DNA from: Candidatus Multivoradales bacterium
GTDB taxonomy: Bacteria > Acidobacteriota > Thermoanaerobaculia > Multivoradales > JAHEKO01
Length of the DNA stretch: 64,000 bases
NCBI GenBank assembly: GCA_965223155.1
Contig: CBDCVR010000014.1
Span: forward strand, 1,024,001 to 1,088,000
Direction of reading: 5' to 3'
Part shown: one piece after another, positions 20,061 to 29,311 of the stretch
Position numbering within the stretch: position 1 is the first letter of the stretch
Layout: each line of letters opens with the position of its first letter
The notes under the pieces: model-generated
Database searches by the model: none
The model's input: only the letters and a program-made list of their open reading frames with translations
What the model was told of the DNA's origin: nothing
Translations under genes and position numbers: made by a program

Positions 20061-20477
20061 ATGACCAAGCAAGCCGAGCCACTCCACCTGCGCTTCGATC
20101 CGACCCCCGAGATCTTCGCCACCGACAGCCAAGGCCAGTTCCGCTTCCCGCTCTTGGTCCAGGGCATGGCCGAGATCGAAACCCGGCCTTACGACGAAGC
20201 CCGCTTCATCGTCTCGCTGTGGCATCCCTCGAACGACCGCTCCATGGATCTGGATCGTACCTACGTCGAGATCGCCTACCGTTTCGACGACGACGAGGAC
20301 CATTGGGTCAAGCTGGCCGAAGTCGAGCCCGTGGTGCCGCCCTACGCGGCTGAGACGTTCGACGGCTGGATCGTCCTGCCGATTCTGGGCATCAAGACCT
20401 GCTACGCCATGTCCGGCAGCGGCTTCAAGCCCCGCTCGCGGCTGCAGATCCGCTCGAGCGCGTACTTCGTCGCCTGA
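20061..20477 (+). CDS. Hypothetical protein (138 aa)
   Basis: Fills the gap between eda and apgM with 5-6 nt spacers; strong coding bias; no recognisable family. Confidence 0.75.
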   Translation: MTKQAEPLHLRFDPTPEIFATDSQGQFRFPLLVQGMAEIETRPYDEARFIVSLWHPSNDRSMDLDRTYVEIAYRFDDDEDHWVKLAEVEPVVPPYAAETFDGWIVLPILGIKTCYAMSGSGFKPRSRLQIRSSAYFVA

Positions 20478-20483
20478 GATCCG

Positions 20484-21704
20484 ATGTCCACCCGCATCGA
20501 ACGCCTCGCCCGCCTGGCGCGGTCCCACGAGTCCAAGATCGTGCTCTTGGTCCTCGACGGCGTCGGCGATCTCAAGACCGCCGCACAGCCGGAAACGCCG
20601 CTCGAAGCAGCCGCGACTCCGAACCTCGACGAGCTCGCCCGCGGCGGCTCGCTGGGGCGCATCGTGCCCGCAGGCCGCGGCATCACTCCCGGCAGCGGTC
20701 CCGGCCATCTGGCCTTGTTCGGCTTCGACCCCTGGAGTCCGCAGGCGGACATCGGCCGGGGCGTCCTCGAAGCACTGGGCCTGGGCCTCACGCTCGATGC
20801 CACCGAGATCGCCGCCCGCGGCAACTTCGCGACCGCCGACGGGGATGGCAATCTCCTGGACCGGCGGGCCGGACGGATTCCCACCGAGGAGGGACGACGC
20901 GTTTGCGCCAAGCTTCAAGACGCGGTGCGCGACTTCGACGGCGCCGAGGTACGCATCGAGCCCGGCGAAGCCTACCGGTTCGTCGTCCTTCTGCGCGGTG
21001 ACGGGCTGAGCGCCGAGCTCGCCGACACGGATCCTCAGAAGCTCGGCGTGCCACCCTTGCCCCCCCGGCCGCTCGACGACGGCGCCCAGGCCACTGCCGC
21101 GCTGGTTGCCAGGCTTCTCGAGCGCTTCGAAGAAGCGCTGGCGGACGAGCCCCAGGCCAACCGGACGCTGCTCCGAGGCTTCTCGCGCTTGCCTGATCTG
21201 CCCTCGGTCCAAGACCTCTACCGGCTGCGTGCCGGCTGTTTCGCGGGGTACCCCCTGTACCGGGGAGTCGCCTCCGCCTGCGGCATGGAAGTCATCGAGT
21301 GCGGCAAGTCACCCCGAGATGTGTTCGAGACCACCGCCGAGCACTGGCAGCAATTCGACTACTTTTTCCTCCACGTCAAACAGACCGACCAGGCCGGTGA
21401 GGACGGCGATGCCGCGGCCAAGGCTCGCGTGCTGGAGGAGGTCGACGCCGCCATGCCCAAGCTCCTCGAGTGCCAGCCGGACGTCTTGGCGATCACCGGC
21501 GACCACTCCACCCCGGCGCCGATGCGGGCGCATAGCTGGCATCCGGTGCCGCTCCTGGTATCGGCGGCGACGGCCTTTATCGACACAACCGAGGCCTTTT
21601 CCGAGACGGCGGCCACAAGAGGCCACCTCGGCTCCTTCCCCTCGGACGAGCTCATGGGCGTGCTCCTCGCCCACGCCGGCCGGCTCGCCAAGTACGGCGC
21701 GTGA
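20484..21704 (+). CDS. apgM: Cofactor-independent phosphoglycerate mutase, archaeal/ApgM type
   Basis: VLDGVGD, TPLEAA.TPNLD, PGSGPGHLAL, DRRAGRI, HVKQTDQAGEDG, TGDHSTP, HSWHPVP. Confidence 0.9.
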   Translation: MSTRIERLARLARSHESKIVLLVLDGVGDLKTAAQPETPLEAAATPNLDELARGGSLGRIVPAGRGITPGSGPGHLALFGFDPWSPQADIGRGVLEALGLGLTLDATEIAARGNFATADGDGNLLDRRAGRIPTEEGRRVCAKLQDAVRDFDGAEVRIEPGEAYRFVVLLRGDGLSAELADTDPQKLGVPPLPPRPLDDGAQATAALVARLLERFEEALADEPQANRTLLRGFSRLPDLPSVQDLYRLRAGCFAGYPLYRGVASACGMEVIECGKSPRDVFETTAEHWQQFDYFFLHVKQTDQAGEDGDAAAKARVLEEVDAAMPKLLECQPDVLAITGDHSTPAPMRAHSWHPVPLLVSAATAFIDTTEAFSETAATRGHLGSFPSDELMGVLLAHAGRLAKYGA

Positions 21705-22405
21705 GCCCGGAGCCGCGCCGGCTCGACCCGCGTTCCAGGGTCCAGGGCATCTCCTATCCCCGGAGCGGCTACACCGTGCTCTCGAACATGCTGCTCGCGT
21801 ACTTCGGGCCGGAATTTCGACGCTGCGACCGCTACGGCCATTGCCGCCAGACGCCGTGCAGCGACCCGCGGACCCTGCTCCAGAAGGACCACGATCTGCG
21901 ACTTCGCAGCCCGATCCTCCCCGACGTCCAGTACCTGGTCCTCTTCCGCAACCCGATCGAGTCGATCGCCTCGTGGTGGGAGTTCGACCGCAGCAAGAGC
22001 CGACGCTACCTGAGGCTGCGTGCGCTGCCCGCCGGGCCCATCCTGGCCCGCCTGGCTTTCCCGGAACGCCGAGCCGCTTGGCGCCGCAGCCTGCGCCGGA
22101 GGCTCCAGCTCTGGCGGCGATTCATCCATAAGTGGGTTCTGGACAGCCCTCCCGAAAACGCCTACTTCCTGCCCTACCACCGCTTCCTGGCCGCTCCCGC
22201 CGAGTGCTTCCTCACCGCCATCGCCCTCTTCCGACCCGAGGAGATCGACGAGGCCAGAGCCCGTGCGATCGTTCGGGGCCGCCACATTCGGCCCCGGCGG
22301 AGACTCAGCAGATTCCGCTACTTCGACGAGAGCCGTCTGCGAGCGGCTGAGCGCAGCGTGGCCCCCGAGCTCATGCGGCTCGAGATCCCTTCGTTTCGCC
22401 TCTAG
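21701..22405 (+). CDS. Sulfotransferase-family protein
   Basis: 5'-PSB-like SYPRSGYT and 3'-PB-like FRNPIESIAS; GTGA overlap with apgM. Confidence 0.6.
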   Translation: MSPEPRRLDPRSRVQGISYPRSGYTVLSNMLLAYFGPEFRRCDRYGHCRQTPCSDPRTLLQKDHDLRLRSPILPDVQYLVLFRNPIESIASWWEFDRSKSRRYLRLRALPAGPILARLAFPERRAAWRRSLRRRLQLWRRFIHKWVLDSPPENAYFLPYHRFLAAPAECFLTAIALFRPEEIDEARARAIVRGRHIRPRRRLSRFRYFDESRLRAAERSVAPELMRLEIPSFRL

Positions 22406-22424
22406 CGGAAGCTAGTCGCGGGGC

Positions 22425-22967
22425 CTACCGGAAACCGCGCCGGAGCTCGCGCCGGAAGGTCGAGAAGGTCTTTTCGTCGAAGAGGCACACGACCACGCGG
22501 TCCAGCTTGGTACCGCCCTGGAGGTAGCGATGAATCTCGGTCAGGGTGACCCGAGCGCAGCGATCGGTCGGGAAGCCGAAGTTTCCGGTCGAGATGGCCG
22601 GAACGGCGATCGAACGCAAGCCGTGGCGATCGGCCAGCGCCAGCGCCGAGCGCACCGCCGAGGACAGTTTCCGGTCCTCGTCCCCCTCGCCCATCTGCGG
22701 TCCGACGGCGTGAATCACGTGCTTGGCGTCGAGCTCGCCGGCGCCGGTGATCACCGCCATGCCCACTTGGGTCTTGCCGATGCGATTGCATTCCTTCTGG
22801 ATCGAATCGCCACCCTTGTCGAGAATGGCTCCGGCCACTCCCGACCCCAGCTTCAGGCTTTCGTTTGCCGGATTGACCAGAGCCTCGACGTCGAGACTGG
22901 TGATATCGCCTTCCAGCAGCTCGAGCTGCGTTCCGTTCAGTTGGATCTTGACGTGATTCTTGCCCAT
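22425..22967 (-). CDS. Macro domain protein (MacroD/YmdB-like ADP-ribose hydrolase)
   Basis: GDIT, VNPAN..L..GSGVAGAI, VIHAVGP, PAISTGNFGFP. Confidence 0.9.
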   Translation of the reverse strand: MGKNHVKIQLNGTQLELLEGDITSLDVEALVNPANESLKLGSGVAGAILDKGGDSIQKECNRIGKTQVGMAVITGAGELDAKHVIHAVGPQMGEGDEDRKLSSAVRSALALADRHGLRSIAVPAISTGNFGFPTDRCARVTLTEIHRYLQGGTKLDRVVVCLFDEKTFSTFRRELRRGFR

Positions 22968-23091
22968 CGCGAAGGTACCCCGATTCAAAGCGACTCAGAG
23001 CCACCAATCATATCAGCTAGAAACCACTCCCAGCCGACCGCCACCGGCCCGAGCCGCCGTCTCCGTTCCTTAGGATAGACTCCCGGCCGCG

Positions 23092-25020
23092 ATGTTGGCC
23101 GCAATACGAGCCTCTCTGGCCGAACGGCTCGAAGAGCGGATCCGGAGTCTCTACGGCCTCGATGTGGCCGTCGGGCCTGCGAGCCTGGAGGTCCCTCCCC
23201 GGCGCGAGCTCGGCGACCTCGCCTATCCGGGCGCCCTGCAACTGGCCCGCGAGCTGGGCAAGAACCCACGCCAGATCGGCCAGGAGATCGCGGCGGAGCT
23301 CGAACTGCCGGAAGGCGTGCGCGAGCTGCGGATCGAAGGTCCGGGATTCGTCAACGTCTATCTCGACCGCGGCGCCCTCACCGCTCGGCTCTTATCCGAG
23401 CCGCTGATCGGCCCAGAGGACGCACCGGGCCACGCCAAGACCATCGTCGAACACACCAACATTAATCCCAACAAGGCCGCCCACATCGGGCATCTGCGCA
23501 ACGCCGTCCTCGGCGACGTCCTCATTCGCGTGCTGAAGGCGCTGGGCCGGCCGGTAGAGGTCCAGAACTACATAGACGACACGGGCGTCCAACTGGCCGA
23601 CGTCGTGGTCGGCCTAGTCGATCTGCGCGGTCAGACCCTGGAAGACGTCCGCGCCGTGCCCGAGCCCTTCGACTACTACTGCTGGGACCTCTATAGCGAA
23701 GTCGGCCGCTGGTACGAGAAAGACTCCGATCGTCTCGAGCTCAGGCGTGCGACTCTGCACGAGCTCGAGTCCGGGCAAGGCGAGCGAGCCGCCATGGGCA
23801 CTCTCGTGGCCCGCCGCATCGTGGCCCGGCATCTGGCCACCATGCGCCGCCTTGGAGTCGACTACGACCTTCTCACCCACGAGTCCGCGATCCTCGGTCT
23901 GGATTTTTTCAAGCAAGCCTTCGCGGCCCTGGAGGCCGCCGGGGCCATCCATCTCGAGAAGGACGGCAAGAACGCCGGCTGCTGGGTCATGCCGTTGGCC
24001 GGAAGCTCCGAGTTCGCCGGTCTCGAAGACCCCGACAAGGTCATCGTGCGCTCGGACGGCACCGTCACCTACGTCGGCAAGGACATCGCCTACCAGCTCT
24101 GGAAGTTCGGCCTCCTGGGCCTCGATTTCCGGTACCGGAAGTGGACGGACGAAGACGTCTGGGAGACCGCTCTCGAAGGCGTCGATGAGCATCCGGACTT
24201 CGGCAGCGCCGAGCGCGTCGTCAACGTCATCGACGCCCGGCAAAGCTATCTGCAGAAGATCGTGCGAGCCGGTCTCGAGCGGCTCGGACACGAGCAGGCA
24301 GCCGACAATTCCATCCACTTTGCCTACGAGATGGTGGCGCTGTCGGCCGGGGCCGCGCGGCAACTGGGAGTGGCCGAAGACGGCGACGACAAGCGCCTCG
24401 AGATGTCCGGCCGCAAGGGCATCGGCGTCAAGGCCGACGATCTCATCGACCAGCTCGAAGCCAAGAGCCGCCAGGAGATCGCCGCCCGCAATCGCGACCT
24501 GGACGGCGAAGAGCTGGCCGATCTGGCTCGGGTCATCGCGACCGCGGCCCTGCGGTTCTTCATGGTCAGGGCGACCACGACGCGGGTCATCGCCTTTGAC
24601 TTCGACGAAGCCTTGAGCTTCGAGGGCGATTCCGGCCCCTACCTCCAATACGCGCTGGTGCGGGCGGCCAACATCCGGCGCCGGCTGCGGGAAGAAGGCC
24701 TGGACGACGCGGTTCTGCCGGAGGACGCGGCGGCTCTGCCGGCCGAGATCTGGAGCGACGATCTGTGGGAGCTGGTCTTTGCCGCCGCTGAGCTCCAAGA
24801 TCGCGCCGCGGCGGTCGCCGAGTCGCTCGAGCTCTCTCAACTCGCACGCTTCGCCCTCGAGCTCGCGCAGAAGTTCAACGCCGTCTATCACCGGCATCCG
24901 ATCCTTCAGGAGGAAGACTCGGCGGTGCGCGCTTCGCGGCTCGCCGCGACCCGGATCTTCGCGAAGGCGCTCACCGAGCTCATGGGCTTGCTCGGCCTGC
25001 CGCTGGCCCAACGGATGTAG
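23092..25020 (+). CDS. argS: Arginine--tRNA ligase
   Basis: GPGFVN, EHTNINPNKAAHIGHLRNA, RSDGT..Y, MSGRKG, GDSGPYLQYA, terminal RM. Confidence 0.97.
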   Translation: MLAAIRASLAERLEERIRSLYGLDVAVGPASLEVPPRRELGDLAYPGALQLARELGKNPRQIGQEIAAELELPEGVRELRIEGPGFVNVYLDRGALTARLLSEPLIGPEDAPGHAKTIVEHTNINPNKAAHIGHLRNAVLGDVLIRVLKALGRPVEVQNYIDDTGVQLADVVVGLVDLRGQTLEDVRAVPEPFDYYCWDLYSEVGRWYEKDSDRLELRRATLHELESGQGERAAMGTLVARRIVARHLATMRRLGVDYDLLTHESAILGLDFFKQAFAALEAAGAIHLEKDGKNAGCWVMPLAGSSEFAGLEDPDKVIVRSDGTVTYVGKDIAYQLWKFGLLGLDFRYRKWTDEDVWETALEGVDEHPDFGSAERVVNVIDARQSYLQKIVRAGLERLGHEQAADNSIHFAYEMVALSAGAARQLGVAEDGDDKRLEMSGRKGIGVKADDLIDQLEAKSRQEIAARNRDLDGEELADLARVIATAALRFFMVRATTTRVIAFDFDEALSFEGDSGPYLQYALVRAANIRRRLREEGLDDAVLPEDAAALPAEIWSDDLWELVFAAAELQDRAAAVAESLELSQLARFALELAQKFNAVYHRHPILQEEDSAVRASRLAATRIFAKALTELMGLLGLPLAQRM

Positions 25021-25029
25021 GTCGACAGA

Positions 25030-25464
25030 GTGGCCGGCAGCTCTTCGAGCCCAGGGAGCACGCCGCTCGGAGCCAAGCTTGGCATCCGGCCGGGAGCCCG
25101 GGTGCGGCTGGCGTCGGCGCCTTCCGGTTTCGTGGCTCTGCTCGAACCCCTCCCCGCCGGGGTCACGATCGGCGACCGGCTGCGCTCGCGAATCGACGTC
25201 TGCATCTTCTTCCCGGCGTCGCGCGCGGATCTTACCCGCCGGATCCGGCCGCTGGCGGATTCCCTTCTCCCCAATGGCGGCCTCTGGGTGGCTTGGCCCA
25301 AGAAGGCGGCCGTGAAGAGGGCCTTGAAGGTCCCGACCGACCTCGATTTCGGCCGCGTCCAGCAGGCCGGTCTCGCCGCCGGGCTCGTCGACAACAAGGT
25401 GTGCGCGGTGAGCGACGTCTACTCAGGATTACGATTCGTCTTTCGCCTCCGCGACCGTACCTGA
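25030..25464 (+). CDS. DUF3052-family protein
   Basis: TPL..KLGI.PG, GGLWVAWPKK, GLVDNKVCAV..YSGLRFV. Confidence 0.8.
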   Translation: MAGSSSSPGSTPLGAKLGIRPGARVRLASAPSGFVALLEPLPAGVTIGDRLRSRIDVCIFFPASRADLTRRIRPLADSLLPNGGLWVAWPKKAAVKRALKVPTDLDFGRVQQAGLAAGLVDNKVCAVSDVYSGLRFVFRLRDRT

Positions 25465-25538
25465 CCCGGGGTGCTAGACTCCGGCAACTCCGGTTTTCGA
25501 CTGCCACTGGCAGTCCCCCCGCTCACGGTCCGCCCCTC

Positions 25539-26126
25539 ATGGCCACGGCACAGCGCGTTCTCTACGAAACGATCACGGTAATCGTCTTTCTAGCCTTGCT
25601 GGCCGGAACGATTTTCTGGGCCGAGAACCGCCTCGCGCGCCGGGCCGCAGCTCTCAAGGCCGAGCAGGACGCCGCCATCGCCGCCGCGGGCGAAGAGTTC
25701 GAGCGCCACCAGCAAAACCTGGCGGCGAGCTACGCCGAACGCGAGCAGGCTCAGGCCATCGCCGAGGCCCGTGCCGTTTTCTCCGCGTTCGAATCGGGCA
25801 TCCGCTCGGCCGTCGCCGCACGCTGGAGCAACTATCTGACCCGGGCCAAGAGCGACCTGCTCGCCGAGCCCAAGGTGGCTTTCGTCCACGTTCTGAGCCA
25901 GTCCGGCCTGGTTCTGGCCAGCAGCGACGAGAAGCTCACGCGCACGGGACGCGCCGACGAACGCGCCGACTGGGTCCTGGCCTCGACCGAGGTCACCGTC
26001 CGCGACAGCTCGATTCCCGGCCATGTCGAGCTGGGCGGCCCGCTCCGCGACAGCGGGCGCACCATCGGCTATCTCTGGCTCGGCTACGACACCCGGTCCC
26101 CGGCTCGCGCACCGGAGCAACAGTAG
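25539..26126 (+). CDS. Single-pass membrane protein with coiled coil and Cache-like C-terminal domain
   Basis: TM ITVIVFLALLAGTIFWA; Ala/Glu/Gln helix; VAFVHVLSQSGLVLASSD...PLRDSGRTIGYLWLGYD. Confidence 0.65.
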   Translation: MATAQRVLYETITVIVFLALLAGTIFWAENRLARRAAALKAEQDAAIAAAGEEFERHQQNLAASYAEREQAQAIAEARAVFSAFESGIRSAVAARWSNYLTRAKSDLLAEPKVAFVHVLSQSGLVLASSDEKLTRTGRADERADWVLASTEVTVRDSSIPGHVELGGPLRDSGRTIGYLWLGYDTRSPARAPEQQ

Positions 26127-26164
26127 GCTGCTGAGCGGATAGTGCTTCATTCTCTGCCAGAATG

Positions 26165-26194
26165 TTGTGCCGAGAACTACAACTGTGGTACAAA
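26165..26194 (+). promoter_or_regulatory. Putative blaI promoter with BlaI/CopY-type operator
   Basis: TTGTGC (26165) - 18 nt - TACAAA with upstream TG; imperfect palindrome ACTACAACTGTGGT (26176-26189) resembles TACAnnTGTA. Confidence 0.6.
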
Positions 26195-26202
26195 CGCCAC
26201 AA

Positions 26203-26592
26203 ATGACGTTCTCCCTTCCTCGCCTGTCTCGGACCGAATGGAAGATCATGAACATCTGCTGGAGGCTGGGTTCGGCAACCGGCAAGGAAATCTGGCATGA
26301 GTCGCTCGCCGAGCAGCACCGCGAATACCAAACCGTCAAGACGCTCCTGGATCGGATCGCCGCAAAAGGGTACCTGACCGTCGATAAGGTCGGTCCAGTC
26401 TCGGTGTTCGCCCCCGCTTGTGAACGCAGCCAAGCCTTGACCCGGGCGATTCGACACTTCGTCGACGAAGTTCTGGACCGATCGGTCGCTCCCCTCTATC
26501 TTCATTTCGCCGAGCACGAGGATCTTACGGAAGGCGAAGTTCGAAAGCTCCGTCGCCTTCTAGACCGGCGCTCGACTCCGAGGACCAAATGA
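26203..26592 (+). CDS. BlaI/MecI/CopY-family repressor
   Basis: LSRTEWKIMNICW, YQTVKTLLDRIAAKGYL winged HTH, C-terminal L...EV.KL. Confidence 0.92.
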   Translation: MTFSLPRLSRTEWKIMNICWRLGSATGKEIWHESLAEQHREYQTVKTLLDRIAAKGYLTVDKVGPVSVFAPACERSQALTRAIRHFVDEVLDRSVAPLYLHFAEHEDLTEGEVRKLRRLLDRRSTPRTK

Positions 26593-29294
26593 TGATGCAG
26601 GTCACTTCCCTCGCCGCAGCGTGGTGGCAAGCAGCCCTCGCGGTGAGCCTCCAGTTCGCCATCCTCGTACTCCTCGCGGGACTCCTCGTTTTCGCCTGCC
26701 GCAAGGCCGGTCCACAAGTGCGGCACACGATCTGGCTGGTTGTCATGGCTCGTCTCCTCGTTCCAGCGGGGATCCAGACTCCCGTGGGCATCGCCGATCG
26801 ATTCCCAGGCAAGATCGACATGCGGCTCTCCGATCGTCCGGCCCCAGGATCCTTCCCGGCCGGCACCGGCGTCGCCGGCCCTCCGACTAAGGACTCGACG
26901 ATGGGTGTGACCGACGGCGAGCCTCGAGGCCAGGTCCCGCCGATGCCGTCACGGTTCGGACCCACGCTTCTCGTCTTCGGCCTCTGGGTGGCCGGCCTTG
27001 GCTCCCTGGCGCTGCTAGTCGTGGGTCGCGGCCTTGGCGAACGCCGCCGGATTCGAGCCGATGGCCTCGCCGCTCCGCGGTGGCTCCAGCAGCGAGCGAA
27101 CGCAATGAGTGCCGAGTTCGGTATCCGACAAGTTCCCGTGATCGTGCTGCCGGGTGGCGCGCTTTCACTCGGACCCGGAGTTCAGGGTGTGTTTCGACCC
27201 CAGATCGTTCTCCCATCCGAGGTCCTCGACCGCGCCCCCTCTGAGCTCGAAACCGTGCTCGCCCACGAGCTCATCCATCTTCGCAGGCGAGATCACTGGA
27301 TCCGAGCCGTCCAAACAGCCTTGCAGATCGTGTTCTTCTTCCATCCCCTGGTATGGCTGGCGAGCCACCGGCTCTCGATCGAACGAGAGCTGGCGTGCGA
27401 CGACGAAACCATACGCTGGCTCGGCAAGGCTCCCAAGAGATACGCCGAGGTGCTCCTCCAGTTCGCGGTTCCCGGTCCGGCCTTTCTGCCGGGCCACGGC
27501 TCGCTGCCCCTGGTCTCCCGCCGGAGATCCCTGGAACGAAGACTCGTCCGATTGGCCTCCGGCCGGGTTCGGCCCCGGCCCTCGCGAGGGCGCATCGTTG
27601 CCGCTACTGTCCTTGCCATGCTCCTGGCCTCGATCGCCGGCACGGGCTCGCAGGCCTCCTTGCAAGACACGTCCGCGGAACGCAACCCGGACCTCGGCGC
27701 CTCGTCCGAGCGGGTTCGGGGAATCATCACCTGGGAACGCTTCTTTGTCGGCGCGACCCTCGAAGAGGCTCTCCAGACCGAAGCTCGAACAACCACCGGA
27801 GATCTTGAGCCCGGTCGCCTCGCGGAGCGGGGAATCACCGACGAGTCGGTTCTCGATGCCGACACCGAAGGCCAGGTCTGGATCAAGAGCTACCTCGGTC
27901 TCGAGGGTCGCGTGCTAGAAGCCGAGGTCACGAAGTCGCTGATCCCCGACGTTGACGAGATGCTGCGCCAACGCGTTCTTGGCACCCGATACGAGCCCTG
28001 GGTCCTCAAGAATCACGGCCCGGTATTTGCCGAAGTGACCTTCCGCTTTCGGATCCGACCCGAGGGCGCGCTCTGGCCCGAGGAGGCCGCCGCCCTACGG
28101 TTCGAGCAGGCGCAACGTCCCGTCGAGGGACTCGTCGCCACCGTCCTCGGCGCAGGCGGCGCCCAAGGCCGCAGAGCCGCCGGCAAGCGCGTTACTCCTA
28201 GGACCCAGGTGCCTCCTCCGAGCGACCTTCCAGCGAGCACGGATCCGCCGTCGCTGACGTTCACGTTCGGCGTCGATGAGGCCGGAATCGTCAACCAGGT
28301 CCGCTCCTACAGAGAGCCAACTCAAGCAACCGAACCGTCGAAGACGCTTCTCGACGCGCTCGAGGATTGGATTTCTCAACACCGATTCGAGCCGCTGGCC
28401 GGCCCCGACGGAAATCCAGTGCCCTTCGGGGCCTCTCTCACGCTCCAGCTCGAAAACGGACGGCTGCAATCCCTCGTCGATCGGGACCTGGATGGAGCCT
28501 GGGAGGCCAAATTCCACGAGGTCTATCGCCTCGGTGCGGATCGCGCGCTCAGACTCGTCACCGAGCCGTTCATTCCGGAGCGAACAAGCTTCCTCAAGGC
28601 GGCTCACCCGACCCAGGCACGGGCGATCCGGCGGGGGCCGGACACGGTCATGCTGCACTGGGACGACGAGCTCGGAAAGGCAACGTACTCCGGCCAGTGC
28701 TTCGGCTGCCGCGGCTTTCCGAGCCTCCTCCGGCGTCTCGGCTTCGAGAAATTTGCCGTGATTGCGGAGCCCGAAATCCTGGCCCTCGAGGTCCCCGCCG
28801 ACGTCATTCTCCGTCCCGACGCCGCTCGGGAGACTCTGCTCGGTGACTTGGCCGAGGAGATCCGTTCGCACTTCGGATTCGACTTGCACCTCACCCTCAA
28901 GACACTTCCCGTAGCCACGATCGTCGTCCGCGGCTCGGTCGGGGAAGTCGCCCGGGATCCCAACTTGGGCAACGACCGGACGCTGCACATCTATCGAGAT
29001 GCCAAGAATCCGGATCCTCGCTTCGGGGCCGGCGCACGACCCGCGCCGATCCTCGAGCCCTTTCTCCACTTGCTCTCGGGAGCGCTCGCCATGCCCGTCG
29101 TCGACGAGACGTCAAGTCCGGCCTTCGAACCCTTCCGGGTGAAAGTCCATCGTTCCGCTCAAAGGACGGCTGACGTCGAGCGCGTGCTCAGGAATCTCGA
29201 AGCCCAGTCCGATCTCGAGTTCGAGATCGAGCCTCGTCCGACGACCATCCTCGAGGTCGCCTGGGCGACTCGTCCACCGGACGATTCTCCCTAG
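26589..29294 (+). CDS. BlaR1-type M56 metallopeptidase sensor with two TonB-C-like and one DUF3738-like extracytoplasmic domains
   Basis: RHTIWL, GVFRPQIVLP, AHELIHLRRRD (HExxH), FFHPLVW, ERELACD; see findings for the C-terminal domains. Confidence 0.85.
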   Translation: MMMQVTSLAAAWWQAALAVSLQFAILVLLAGLLVFACRKAGPQVRHTIWLVVMARLLVPAGIQTPVGIADRFPGKIDMRLSDRPAPGSFPAGTGVAGPPTKDSTMGVTDGEPRGQVPPMPSRFGPTLLVFGLWVAGLGSLALLVVGRGLGERRRIRADGLAAPRWLQQRANAMSAEFGIRQVPVIVLPGGALSLGPGVQGVFRPQIVLPSEVLDRAPSELETVLAHELIHLRRRDHWIRAVQTALQIVFFFHPLVWLASHRLSIERELACDDETIRWLGKAPKRYAEVLLQFAVPGPAFLPGHGSLPLVSRRRSLERRLVRLASGRVRPRPSRGRIVAATVLAMLLASIAGTGSQASLQDTSAERNPDLGASSERVRGIITWERFFVGATLEEALQTEARTTTGDLEPGRLAERGITDESVLDADTEGQVWIKSYLGLEGRVLEAEVTKSLIPDVDEMLRQRVLGTRYEPWVLKNHGPVFAEVTFRFRIRPEGALWPEEAAALRFEQAQRPVEGLVATVLGAGGAQGRRAAGKRVTPRTQVPPPSDLPASTDPPSLTFTFGVDEAGIVNQVRSYREPTQATEPSKTLLDALEDWISQHRFEPLAGPDGNPVPFGASLTLQLENGRLQSLVDRDLDGAWEAKFHEVYRLGADRALRLVTEPFIPERTSFLKAAHPTQARAIRRGPDTVMLHWDDELGKATYSGQCFGCRGFPSLLRRLGFEKFAVIAEPEILALEVPADVILRPDAARETLLGDLAEEIRSHFGFDLHLTLKTLPVATIVVRGSVGEVARDPNLGNDRTLHIYRDAKNPDPRFGAGARPAPILEPFLHLLSGALAMPVVDETSSPAFEPFRVKVHRSAQRTADVERVLRNLEAQSDLEFEIEPRPTTILEVAWATRPPDDSP

Positions 29295-29311
29295 CCTGGC
29301 CGAATCCAGGC

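Noticed and set aside
26203-29294. Beta-lactam resistance cassette or mobile element
   Set aside because: No beta-lactamase, penicillin-binding sensor domain, transposase or terminal repeats are visible
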